Below, one piece after another: positions 51,581-60,831 of a stretch of DNA of 64,000 bases; within the stretch, counting starts at the first letter, position 1, and every line of letters starts with the position of its first letter. This stretch comes from Methanobacteriota archaeon (GTDB lineage Archaea > Thermoplasmatota > Poseidoniia > Poseidoniales > Poseidoniaceae): the NCBI GenBank assembly GCA_002729095.1, contig PBWC01000045.1, positions 108,778-172,777 of the forward strand, given 5' to 3'. The notes below the pieces were generated by a model. The model did no database searches, was not told the origin of the DNA, and worked only from the letters and a program-made list of their open reading frames with translations. A program made the position numbers and the translations under genes.

Positions 51581-53397
51581 TACTCAACACCCCCGATTAA
51601 TCCCCAAGCAGTTAATTGTGCTCTTGCAGACTGAGTCAATTGAAAATAACGGCTACGTCCAATTGTTCTGACATTCAATATTCCATGCTTCAATAGCCTA
51701 TTGCTGATTTGAGATAGTCTAGGTCGTTTGATGTTCAATTCGCTCAAAATCTCTTTGTCCGAAGGTGAAAACTTTCTCTGTTGAGCAACGGAAACAACAT
51801 ATGATTCACTATTGGAAAGAGAAGACAGAACCAAGGGGTTCAAAGTAAAATCTTGCTTTTCTCCTAGTTTTTCTATCCGCATATTAGATAATGCTTCAGC
51901 TAATTTACTGGTATTTGTTGGACCAGATTCAGAAGTAACATTTGTAATTAGTAAATCGTGTAATGCTTTGATAATAGGAGATAGTGGATCATAGTTGTAA
52001 TTTTGTGAATTATCTATTTCATCAATTTGTTCTGTCTCGATATACTCGTTTTCTACATCCTCCAAATCCGATGTTTGCTCTAAATCCACTTCAGGTAAGC
52101 CCACCTCATCGTGAATTAAGGCGGCTGAGTCTTTCTCTGAATAATCCATTACAACTTTAGGTGGTTCAATTAATTCCTTTGAAACCCATAGCTCTGCACC
52201 TTTAGAATCATCATCTTTTACCATTTCTTCTGGACCTTCATCAACCGAGTAGTCTCTTGTTCTACCAAGCAGAGCATTGAATGTTCCTGCGTTTATCGAA
52301 GGCCTAAATTGGGAATCTGCATCTATTATCTCTTCGCTATTAGGCGTTGCAGAAAATGTAAATTCTTCGAGAGGTTCATCTTCTAATTTAGAGTCAGATA
52401 ATTCTTCTAGATCAAGATCAAAGCCAAAAATATCTGATACCTCAACTGAAGGAATAATATTGTCTTTGATGGTATCTCTCTGTTGCCAGGGAATTGATGC
52501 ATCAATAATTTCCGATGGCTGTTCCTCTAATCTTTGTTCAACCATATTTTCAGGCGATTTATCAACAATGGTATTATTGGGTATTTGATGCTTGTTTTCG
52601 GAAACTGAATATCTTTCAATTAACCCATATTCCGCTACACCAAAGTTCTGGCCTTGGGGTTCAGAATGTAGAGATTGATCGATAGAGTCTCGCATATATC
52701 GGATAACTTCTGATGGTTTTCCACCGCTCATTGAATGCAAATTTTGTGCATCTTCAGTCGATAATTCAAAACCTTGAGAAGTTGCCGATGAGACTCTTTT
52801 CTCGACTAGAACTTTAACTTCGTCTACAGATAGAGGCTCTAGTGTCTCAATACTGGCAAAACTGTGTAAAATGCTATCAGGTAGATTACTTCGCTGTTTT
52901 GGTTCGATTACAACAACTATCACTGCTTGTAGTCTTTCCAAAGAAGGTAATGCATCACGCAATGCAACTGTCATTACTGATGTTTCCACTGTTGGCATAT
53001 CAATTACAATCAACGGAATCTTAGATTCATATGTCCTAGAAGCCTCAACTATTTTGTGAACTAATTCATTCCTACTTTTTGGAATATTATAATCGATTAA
53101 CTCAGAATATAAATTTTCTAGAAGACTATGTGCGGGATTAGATGCTGAAATATGATCGATGTGAACATAAACAGGAGCCTCACTAGCTGAACAGCGGAGT
53201 AAGGATGTTCTCCCTGATCCCATCTCACCAACCAGTAACAATCTACGATTAGATCTAAAATTAATATGTCTGGATATTCTCGCTCTAATATCTAATCGGC
53301 CCACGTAAAGTGATTTTTGGCCTGTTTCTAGAGGGCTTGTTGAAAACGGATTGCCTTTCAATGGTGGGAAATCAATCTGTAAGCCTTCCACTCGCAT
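51580..53397 (-). CDS. Arch-ATPase/Orc-like P-loop protein with degenerate Walker motifs, long acidic insert and C-terminal winged-helix DNA-binding domain
   Basis: N-terminal NPF...LYVGR arm (cf. FvGRe in Orc1 and PF01637 ATPases). Walker A LLLVGEMGSGRTSLL has Arg in place of the invariant Lys (AGA at nt 53209-53211). Walker B-like LIVIDMP lacks the Glu. Residues ~250-510 are acidic low complexity (DLDLEELSDSKLEDEPLEE...). C-terminal RPRLSQISNRLLKHGILNVRTIGRSRYFQLT is a wHTH. Confidence 0.5.
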   Translation of the reverse strand: MRVEGLQIDFPPLKGNPFSTSPLETGQKSLYVGRLDIRARISRHINFRSNRRLLLVGEMGSGRTSLLRCSASEAPVYVHIDHISASNPAHSLLENLYSELIDYNIPKSRNELVHKIVEASRTYESKIPLIVIDMPTVETSVMTVALRDALPSLERLQAVIVVVIEPKQRSNLPDSILHSFASIETLEPLSVDEVKVLVEKRVSSATSQGFELSTEDAQNLHSMSGGKPSEVIRYMRDSIDQSLHSEPQGQNFGVAEYGLIERYSVSENKHQIPNNTIVDKSPENMVEQRLEEQPSEIIDASIPWQQRDTIKDNIIPSVEVSDIFGFDLDLEELSDSKLEDEPLEEFTFSATPNSEEIIDADSQFRPSINAGTFNALLGRTRDYSVDEGPEEMVKDDDSKGAELWVSKELIEPPKVVMDYSEKDSAALIHDEVGLPEVDLEQTSDLEDVENEYIETEQIDEIDNSQNYNYDPLSPIIKALHDLLITNVTSESGPTNTSKLAEALSNMRIEKLGEKQDFTLNPLVLSSLSNSESYVVSVAQQRKFSPSDKEILSELNIKRPRLSQISNRLLKHGILNVRTIGRSRYFQLTQSARAQLTAWGLIGGVE

Positions 53398-53502
53398 GCC
53401 CTAGCAATCACGAATAGGTATTTGATGTTTAACCTTAAATTGTGATTCAAAATACCCGTTACTAAGCGTCAATCGATTTGCCAAGTAGTTTTTTTTATGG
53501 CC

Positions 53503-53559
53503 ATTAACGCATAATTAACGCATAATTAACGCGTTAATTTAATCGTTAAACCCGTTAAT
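53503..53559. promoter_or_regulatory. symmetric array of three direct ATTAACG and three inverted CGTTAA(T) half-sites centred on the perfect palindrome AATTAACGCGTTAATT, in a divergent promoter region
   Basis: Read directly: ATTAACG at 53503, 53514, 53525 (11-bp phasing). CGTTAAT at 53532, CGTTAAA at 53544, CGTTAAT at 53553. The 16-bp perfect palindrome spans 53524-53539. An AT-rich tract and TATA-like sequences (TTTATTTTCTTAAG, TGTATAAT) lie between it and hmgA. Confidence 0.5.
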
Positions 53560-53663
53560 TTTTATTTTCTTAAGAAATTATAGCCAAGTAAAAGAGCATG
53601 TATAATTGATTTTAGACGATTACTTAATTGCCCAAGTCACGTCCAGAACAACGAGGAGAACAT

Positions 53664-54962
53664 ATGCCAGTAGAAAATAGTCGTTTGAGTGGGTTTTTTC
53701 GTCATAGTGTAGCAGAAAGGCGTAATATTGTCAAGAATTTGGCCAATTTAACCGATGAACAAGTACAATCACTAGCCGCAAACGGGGAATTAGATGACCA
53801 TTCAGCAGATAGGATGATTGAAAACGTAATCGGCACAATGTCACTACCTGTCGGTATCGCAACTAATTTTGTAATCGATGGACAGCATTACCTTATTCCA
53901 TTTTGCTTAGAAGAGTCTAGTGTAGTAGCTGCTGCCTCAAACATGGCCAAACGGTGTTTGAAAATGGGAGGATTTACTACTCAAAATGATGCTCCAATGA
54001 TGATCGGTCAATTACAAATTTTAGAATGCCAAGATATTGAAGCTTCACAATTAGCAATTCATCAAGCCAAAGATGAATTAATTGACCTATGTAATAGTTT
54101 ACCCTCTACTATGATTAAACTTGGAGGAGGTTGTAAAAGAATAGAAACGCGGATAGTAGAATCTCTTTCTGGACCTATGCTTATCTTACACATAATAGTG
54201 GACTGCAGAGACGCTATGGGCGCAAATGCAGTGAATACTATGGCTGAACTAATTGCACCAGAGGTAGAAAGGTTGACCTCCGGCAGAGTTCACTTGAAGA
54301 TATTATCCAACCTAGCCTCCCATAGATTAGCTCGGGTTGAGGCGACATTTACTCCTGAAGAGCTATCCAATGATGGGTCTAAAGAAAATGGAAATGAAAT
54401 AATAAAGAGGATAATTGAAGCACACCATTTTGCTCTGGCCGACCCATTTAGAGCCGTAACTCACAACAAGGGAGTAATGAATGCAATCAGCAGTGTTGCA
54501 GTGGCCTGTGGACAAGATTGGAGAGCTATTGAGGCAGGATGTCATTCTTGGGCGTCCCATTCAAATGGCAGATATTCATCTATGACTGAGTGGAAAATAA
54601 ATGATGAGGGGAATTTGGTTGGCAGTATTGAAACCCCAATGGCAGTAGGTATTGTTGGAGGCGCTTCAAAAGTTCACCCTGTTGCTAAAACAAATATTGC
54701 TATTCTTGGCGTAAAATCAGCCAGTGAACTAGCAGGAATCATTTGTTCAGCAGGATTAGCACAAAATCTCGGCGCTCTACGAGCCCTCGCCACTAATGGA
54801 ATACAAGCTGGGCACATGAAATTACACTCCAGGAACATGGCAGTTAGCGCTGGAGCAGTTGGCCAAGAAATAGAATTAGTAGCAACTAAACTTCAATCAT
54901 ATGTTGGACCTAAAACCCAAACTACTGTTCAAAAAATTCTAGAAGAGATAAGGAAGAAATAA
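53664..54962 (+). CDS. hmgA: hydroxymethylglutaryl-CoA reductase, class II (bacterial-type) architecture
   Basis: ENVIGTMSLPVGIATNFVIDGQHYLIPFCLEESSVVAAASNMAK and downstream DAMGANAVNTM, GTVGG blocks of class-II HMGR. ~430 aa with no membrane domain. Start at ATG 53664 with a GAGGAG SD 5 nt upstream. The six-frame ORF begins at 53628. Confidence 0.8.
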   Translation: MPVENSRLSGFFRHSVAERRNIVKNLANLTDEQVQSLAANGELDDHSADRMIENVIGTMSLPVGIATNFVIDGQHYLIPFCLEESSVVAAASNMAKRCLKMGGFTTQNDAPMMIGQLQILECQDIEASQLAIHQAKDELIDLCNSLPSTMIKLGGGCKRIETRIVESLSGPMLILHIIVDCRDAMGANAVNTMAELIAPEVERLTSGRVHLKILSNLASHRLARVEATFTPEELSNDGSKENGNEIIKRIIEAHHFALADPFRAVTHNKGVMNAISSVAVACGQDWRAIEAGCHSWASHSNGRYSSMTEWKINDEGNLVGSIETPMAVGIVGGASKVHPVAKTNIAILGVKSASELAGIICSAGLAQNLGALRALATNGIQAGHMKLHSRNMAVSAGAVGQEIELVATKLQSYVGPKTQTTVQKILEEIRKK

Positions 54963-55568
54963 TCACTCTTCTTCGAAATTGAGCTTCGATTGAATCGAAC
55001 CTTGAGATTGCCCCTCTTCTTTTAGAACTTCTTTTCCAACCAATCCATCCAGCAAACCCGTGTTCTGAACTTGTTCTCTAAACCATTCCCTAACCTTTTT
55101 CCTATCTGTATATGGGCATCCAAATGATTCTGAGAACCTTCTAGTCGTTGTAAGTCGCCTAGTATTACCATCTCTTCGACGATCTATCATACCATATTGT
55201 GCAAGTTCTCGAACATAATCATATGCTTTTTGGCCCAGTAATTCAATCAACCTTGATTGAGCCATAGGTTGGTGGTAAGCAATCAATGAAGCAGCTTTGA
55301 GCAATTTCTTGGGAAGTTCTGTTTTTGCTTCTTTAGGGAGGTGTTCGGCAATATCTGGCTTTACCTCAATCGCCCATCTATCTCCTACCTCGGCGATTTG
55401 TAAAGCTCCTCCCCTTCTTCTCTTGAGAGTTGAACGTAACGAGTATAGTGAATCTAACATTTCATCTTCATCATAACCCAATGATTCACTTAACTCAGAT
55501 ACTGTCATTGATTTTCCCGCACCAAATAAAGTCGCTTCTAATAGTGTATCTAGTTGTACCTCTGTCAT
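54963..55568 (-). CDS. scpB: segregation and condensation protein B (ScpB-like tandem winged helix)
   Basis: LDTLLEATLFGAGKSMTVSELSESLG N-terminal wH characteristic of ScpB, and a second wH (AYDYVRELAQYGMIDRRRDGNTRRL). Last gene of the smc-scpA-scpB operon. Confidence 0.55.
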   Translation of the reverse strand: MTEVQLDTLLEATLFGAGKSMTVSELSESLGYDEDEMLDSLYSLRSTLKRRRGGALQIAEVGDRWAIEVKPDIAEHLPKEAKTELPKKLLKAASLIAYHQPMAQSRLIELLGQKAYDYVRELAQYGMIDRRRDGNTRRLTTTRRFSESFGCPYTDRKKVREWFREQVQNTGLLDGLVGKEVLKEEGQSQGSIQSKLNFEEE

Positions 55569-55580
55569 GTAAACACCTAC

Positions 55581-56804
55581 TCACTCGACTAACCATTCAT
55601 GTTTTTCTAAATCATCACCGTTATCTGAAATCTCTACTTCAACGACTTCTAACTCTAATTTGGACTCTACTTCAGACTCGTGAGATTGCAAATCATCTCT
55701 TGCTTTTCTTTCAGCCTCTTCGATAAGTTTCATTTTTTCAGCTCTCTTTTTTGCAAATTGTACTGAGCCGGAGTCTTCAGAGTCTAATTCATTTCTAGAT
55801 TTCTCATCTAATTCTTCTATTGCTTCTTGAACTTCTTGGAAGTCATCTAAATTCGGCCATAGATCTTCCAAGTAAATTTCACCATCTGGAACCACGTCTT
55901 GACTTATGGATGCAAAACCTCGGTGAGTTAAGAATAAACCTGCTATAAATGATGTAACTTTTGCTTCATCTTGATATCCTTCAGGTACTGCACCATATAA
56001 TTCTTCAAGTATGTCCCTGAGATGATTCATGACCAATTCTACTGGAACCTTGGTGCTATTTCGTTCAACACATGATCTTCTTAATGCCGTCCAACACCTT
56101 CCAATATCACCTTCTAAGTCTTCATTATGCATTCTACTGCCAATATTTTGTAAGTAATCTTGGAGTTCTTCCTGGTGTGCGATTCTATTTTCTTCTCTAA
56201 GTCTTAATTCCTCAGCATCGTCTGCGGCGTCTTTGAATGCCGAAAGCAATTCTCCCAAAGTAACTGGTCTTCCTTCATCACGCCTAACCCTTTCTCCAAA
56301 CAATGATGGAAGTAATTCATCAGCATCTCCTTGAAGAATTGAATTGGTAAACATAAACGCTTCATCGTCATAATCGGCCTCCCAACCAAAATCAAACCCT
56401 TCATCCCATTCCTCTTCGTCTTCATCCCTTTGAACTCTATCAAAAAGGTCTACAGCTTGGTGATGAAGTACTTCCCATGATAATCGAATTAGGCGACCAC
56501 AAGCAGGTAGGTCAAGATTTTTTGAATTATTTTTAACTCTCTGAGTGAAGAACTTAAGAAATTTAGAAAGATCGATATTCCAAGCATCGAGCCCTTCTTC
56601 TCTTACCAATGACAAAACCAGTGCTACTGAACGATCGAATGGATCGGTTAATGATTGAAATTCTGCCTCTTCGGTTTCTGCAATTGAAAGAATCCTGTCT
56701 CCAAATAATTGTGCTTCTTCGTCCTCCTCTCCGGATTCGAGAAGTTGATTTATGACATCTTGTCTAAGAAACCACTTGTCCAATACAGCTTGTTGTTCAG
56801 CCAA
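55581..56804 (-). CDS. scpA: segregation and condensation protein A (kleisin ScpA-like)
   Basis: N-terminal VALVLSLVREEGLDAWNIDLSKFLKFF matches the ScpA LDLLL-x-LIRKNKLDIYDIPI-x-EIT motif. Acidic middle. C-terminal helical domain. Lies between smc and scpB. Confidence 0.5.
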   Translation of the reverse strand: MAEQQAVLDKWFLRQDVINQLLESGEEDEEAQLFGDRILSIAETEEAEFQSLTDPFDRSVALVLSLVREEGLDAWNIDLSKFLKFFTQRVKNNSKNLDLPACGRLIRLSWEVLHHQAVDLFDRVQRDEDEEEWDEGFDFGWEADYDDEAFMFTNSILQGDADELLPSLFGERVRRDEGRPVTLGELLSAFKDAADDAEELRLREENRIAHQEELQDYLQNIGSRMHNEDLEGDIGRCWTALRRSCVERNSTKVPVELVMNHLRDILEELYGAVPEGYQDEAKVTSFIAGLFLTHRGFASISQDVVPDGEIYLEDLWPNLDDFQEVQEAIEELDEKSRNELDSEDSGSVQFAKKRAEKMKLIEEAERKARDDLQSHESEVESKLELEVVEVEISDNGDDLEKHEWLVE

Positions 56805-56813
56805 GTTATCACC

Positions 56814-59800
56814 TCAGTTTTCCTCTTCTGATTCAATTAATTCCTCTTCAAGTGTTTCTGTAACCTCTTGTTGAGATATTGATTGCCTTAATTCTTGCAT
56901 TTCTTCAATATCCTCAGTAACTTCAGCAGTTCGCTCTCCAAGCCCAGCCATGGATGTATCGTCCTGTGAATCGTTGATATGATTAAGCAGGCCTCCTAAA
57001 CTACTTGGAGGGGGTAATGGTTCGGGGACTTCAGGCATTTCAAATTCTACTTTTTCAACCTCATCTCTTCTCAATGCATTCATGCTAGCGATTTTCTCAG
57101 CTTCTTTTTCTGCTTCAGCGCCTAGTTTTATAGCGCGTTCTCGGTCGAAATCAACTATTCTACGGCTACAACCATCGCCTCCGTGAGTTATACCAATATG
57201 ATGATCAGCAAGCCTCAATGAAACTTTTCTAAGCGTAACCATGATAAATTGTGCTTTCTTACTTCTTTGCCTGCACATTTCAGCGATTCTCTCTGCATTG
57301 GTTCCATCTAAATTCTGATCAACTTCATCGAAGTAATAGAATGGACTTGGATCATAATCTTGAATAGCAAAAATAAGGGCTAAAGCGGCCATAGATTGTT
57401 CGCCGCCAGAGAGTTGAAGTCGACTAACCTTTGATGATTTACCCTTGGGCTTGGCCCATAATTCTAGACCGCCCTTAAACGGATCTTCTGGGTTCTCTAA
57501 ATACAACTCTCCTTTACCACCATCACTTAGAACATTATATGAAATCTTGAAATTTTCATTAACTTGGTCTAGTACCTTTACCAGTCTGTCCTTCCTCTGA
57601 GATTCTAATTTTTCAGTTACATCGATTAATGAAGTTCTTCTCTTTTGTAAAATCTTGAAATCTTCTTTCATATCATTAAGACGCGCTTCGCAACTCTCGA
57701 ATTGCTCTATTGCAAGCATGTTTACTGGCCCGTAGGCCTCCATTCTTCGTTCTAATGAACGCACTTTCTTCTCTGATTCTCCCACTGAGGGTAAATTAGT
57801 ACCGGAATCTGCAGGCTGTATCCCTGCAAGTTTCATTTCTTGCAGTAATTCAGCAAGCGCAGTTTCTTTAGATATTAATGAGCGACCTACCTCGTCACTC
57901 ATTCTTCTTCTAGATTGAGCATCTGTGGCCTTTTGTGTCAGAGAGGTCCTTAAGCTACCCCTTTCATCAACCAACTCTAGTCTTTCGTCTTCTAAGCCCT
58001 TATTCTCTTCTAAGAATTCATTGAGTTCTTCTTGTTTCTCTTTCAATTCTATAGAATCGGTTTCTACGGCTGATTTTAATTCTCCAATCAAGGTTTTATC
58101 GGTTGAAATAGACGTATTAATTGAATCTATTCTAGTTTGGGTATCAGAAACCCTTTGGGAAAGTAATTCTCTATGGCTACTTCCACTTTCAAGAGCAGTT
58201 TCGGCTTTTGACTTTAACCCTTCAGCATCTAATCGCTTCATCTGAGCCGAATGCATCCGGTCCTTGAGATGACTTGGACTTGCCAATTCTACGGCCTCTC
58301 TCGCTGATTCGCAATTCGCTTCCATAATCTCGACTTGATTTTGCGAATTATCTAAATCCTCAATATTTGAACGCGCAAGGGATTCTAATTCACTAAGCTT
58401 CTTTTCGATTTCCGCAACTGCGCCCAAAGATTTGTTATGATTGGTTTTGGCTTGCTTCATTTCAGCGCGCCATTCCTGTAATTTGACTGCATCTTCTCCA
58501 TCAGAAAGTTGGTTTATATCTGCCCTGATTAGTTGCTGTTGCCTTCTTGCTTCAATAAGTGCGGCAGAAACCGTATCCGACATTAAGCGTAATTTCTCTA
58601 CCTCTCCAGTCAGTTTCTCTACTTCTGAGGCACCTTTAATTCGGCCACCAAAGGATACTGAAATCTTTCTCTTAGAACCACCAATCATTGCCCCACCGGC
58701 TTCTGTGACATCTCCTCGTAGGGTAACTAGTCTAATCCCACCCATATGAGCTCTAGCGGTTGACATGGAATCCACAATCAAGGTGTTTCTAAGAACAAAT
58801 CTGATCGCAATGTCGATCTTAGGATCATAGTCTAGAAGTTCATGGGCTAATCCAATCACACCAGGCTTTTTCGAAACCATAAGTGCCTTACCTGCCGCCC
58901 TCGTATTAGTCAATTTGTTCAGTGGAAGGAAAGTGGCTCTTCCTGCTCTGTTTTCAGCCAACCACCTTATCGCTTGAGCCGCATCTTCATCGCTTTCAAC
59001 AACTAATGATGTCATGCCTCCTCCTATTGCAGTAGCAAGTGCTGATTCGTGTGAATCATCGATTGGAGCGCATAATTCAGCTATTGAACCAATGATTCCT
59101 TTCAATTCGCCTCTATCTCTTGCAGAAATCACTGCTGCTGCGCCACCTGCCATGCCCTTTGAACCACTAGAATTCTCCATCTCAGCTCTGGTTCTCTCTA
59201 ACTTTCTTTCAGTCTCGCGCAGTTTGGTTTCTACGATTTGAGATTCTTCGACCAATTTTTGTTCAGCATTTTGCGCATCGATTAATTGCTTTGATAATTT
59301 ATTTCTATCCATTTCGGGAGAATTGCCTGATAATTCTTGGCCTTTCAGTTCTAATTCACCCAATGACAATCTAGATTCTTCTAATTCATTTTGAGCCTGA
59401 GAAAGTTGTTCAGAAATTATTTCAGCCTGTGCTGCTGTTCTATCAACTTCGCTTTGAGCCTCAGCAAGTTTATTCTTAGCGTCATCTAACTGCTTCAATG
59501 CCTTAGACAAATTTCTAGATAATTCAGCACTCTCATCATTTGAAGATTCCATTATTTTTGTAATCTCTTGTTCTTCTAATTGAGCTTCCTTCAATGCTTC
59601 ATTAGCATCTAGTAAGTCTTGTTTTGCAGAATCAAGAGAATTTGAAAACTCTTGTTCTGCAGAAGATGCTTCATCGAGTTGAGTAATTAAAATTTCTAAT
59701 TCTGCTTGATTATCTGAAATTTTTGAGGTGATATCTCCGATTTTATCCTTGTTACCATCAATTTTTAGGTGAAGGTCGAAAATTTGCTTGTTAAGTCCAT

Positions 59801-60710
59801 TGGAATCTCCACCCATCAATTCTTCAATTTGCTTTTGTAATACACCGATTCTATCTTCTAATGCGATTAGAGATTTAGCGCCCTCCTTGACCTCAGCATC
59901 TAGTTCATTAGCTTCTTCTAAATATCGACTTTGTTCGCTTAGTTGGTATTCTTTTTCAGCAAGTTGACTTGCATAATTAGACTGGTATGCTGTTGTTCTA
60001 GCCTGATTTAATTCATCGGCTAAATCTTTGGCTTTTACTGCGATGTCTTTCTCTTTCCTTAGTTCTTTGAGACGAGCTTTTTGTTCTTCTTCAAGAAGTC
60101 CGATTCTCTCGATATAGGCTTCAACATTCTCTTTTTGTTTGTCAGCTTTCCTGATTTCTTCATCATATGAAGTAACACCAGCAACGCTATCAAGGACTTT
60201 TCTTCTTTCCTTAGAAGTCATCTTAGCCAAACTCGTTACATCACCTTGTAAAACGATATTATATCCATCTGGCCTTGCATTTGCAGCACCTAAAATTCTG
60301 TGGAAGGACTTTTGACTACTCTCTTCGCCGTCTAGCAGATATTGTGTAACAACGTTATTCGATTTTGTTAGACGTATCTTCCTTGTCATTCTAACTTCAT
60401 CTGAATCAATAGGTAGCCTTCTCCTATTGCTGGATAAAACTGGATTTGCGAAGATTAAGGTGACCTCACAAGATCTTGCAGGCTTAGAGTTTTTACCTCC
60501 ATTGAATATTAGATCCTTCGAATTTTGAGCCCTAATCGTCTTATTTGAACGTGGACCTAGTACGAATTGAATTGCGTCTCCGCAATTGGATTTGCCTGAT
60601 CCATTAGGCCCAGTTATTGCTGTAAATCCTCTATCCAAGGGAATTGTTACCTCGCCTTTAAATGATTTAAAATTTGAAATTTCAATTGCTTTCAGATACA
60701 TTCCCATCAC
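56814..60710 (-). CDS. smc: chromosome segregation protein SMC
   Basis: Walker A ITGPNGSGKSN, long coiled coils, hinge GGAMIGG-type glycine-rich motif, ABC signature LSGGEQSMAALALIFAI, Walker B YYFDEVDQNLD. Unusual ~120-aa acidic, Ser-rich C-terminal tail. Confidence 0.9.
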   Translation of the reverse strand: MMGMYLKAIEISNFKSFKGEVTIPLDRGFTAITGPNGSGKSNCGDAIQFVLGPRSNKTIRAQNSKDLIFNGGKNSKPARSCEVTLIFANPVLSSNRRRLPIDSDEVRMTRKIRLTKSNNVVTQYLLDGEESSQKSFHRILGAANARPDGYNIVLQGDVTSLAKMTSKERRKVLDSVAGVTSYDEEIRKADKQKENVEAYIERIGLLEEEQKARLKELRKEKDIAVKAKDLADELNQARTTAYQSNYASQLAEKEYQLSEQSRYLEEANELDAEVKEGAKSLIALEDRIGVLQKQIEELMGGDSNGLNKQIFDLHLKIDGNKDKIGDITSKISDNQAELEILITQLDEASSAEQEFSNSLDSAKQDLLDANEALKEAQLEEQEITKIMESSNDESAELSRNLSKALKQLDDAKNKLAEAQSEVDRTAAQAEIISEQLSQAQNELEESRLSLGELELKGQELSGNSPEMDRNKLSKQLIDAQNAEQKLVEESQIVETKLRETERKLERTRAEMENSSGSKGMAGGAAAVISARDRGELKGIIGSIAELCAPIDDSHESALATAIGGGMTSLVVESDEDAAQAIRWLAENRAGRATFLPLNKLTNTRAAGKALMVSKKPGVIGLAHELLDYDPKIDIAIRFVLRNTLIVDSMSTARAHMGGIRLVTLRGDVTEAGGAMIGGSKRKISVSFGGRIKGASEVEKLTGEVEKLRLMSDTVSAALIEARRQQQLIRADINQLSDGEDAVKLQEWRAEMKQAKTNHNKSLGAVAEIEKKLSELESLARSNIEDLDNSQNQVEIMEANCESAREAVELASPSHLKDRMHSAQMKRLDAEGLKSKAETALESGSSHRELLSQRVSDTQTRIDSINTSISTDKTLIGELKSAVETDSIELKEKQEELNEFLEENKGLEDERLELVDERGSLRTSLTQKATDAQSRRRMSDEVGRSLISKETALAELLQEMKLAGIQPADSGTNLPSVGESEKKVRSLERRMEAYGPVNMLAIEQFESCEARLNDMKEDFKILQKRRTSLIDVTEKLESQRKDRLVKVLDQVNENFKISYNVLSDGGKGELYLENPEDPFKGGLELWAKPKGKSSKVSRLQLSGGEQSMAALALIFAIQDYDPSPFYYFDEVDQNLDGTNAERIAEMCRQRSKKAQFIMVTLRKVSLRLADHHIGITHGGDGCSRRIVDFDRERAIKLGAEAEKEAEKIASMNALRRDEVEKVEFEMPEVPEPLPPPSSLGGLLNHINDSQDDTSMAGLGERTAEVTEDIEEMQELRQSISQQEVTETLEEELIESEEEN

Positions 60711-60831
60711 TCATCCGGATAAAATCTCCGACCTTAACGGGCGCATCGGGAATCAAGGGGTATTAAACTATGCGAGAGATATAGCCTCAATGACCCGTTT
60801 TTTAGGGGTCAATTATTTTGCCGATGACCGC

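Noticed and set aside
53628-53663. Alternative upstream start for hmgA (MPKSRPEQRGEH...)
   Set aside because: The ATG at 53664 is preceded by a GAGGAG Shine-Dalgarno at optimal spacing and gives the family-typical N-terminus. The upstream 12 codons are probably untranslated leader.
60711-60831. Relatively GC-rich spacer between the smc start and the zinc-ribbon membrane protein gene, overlapping a 114-aa plus-strand ORF (60586..60930)
   Set aside because: No convincing stem-loops or repeats. The plus-strand ORF overlaps both flanking genes and lacks motifs. It is most likely the promoter/5' region of smc.
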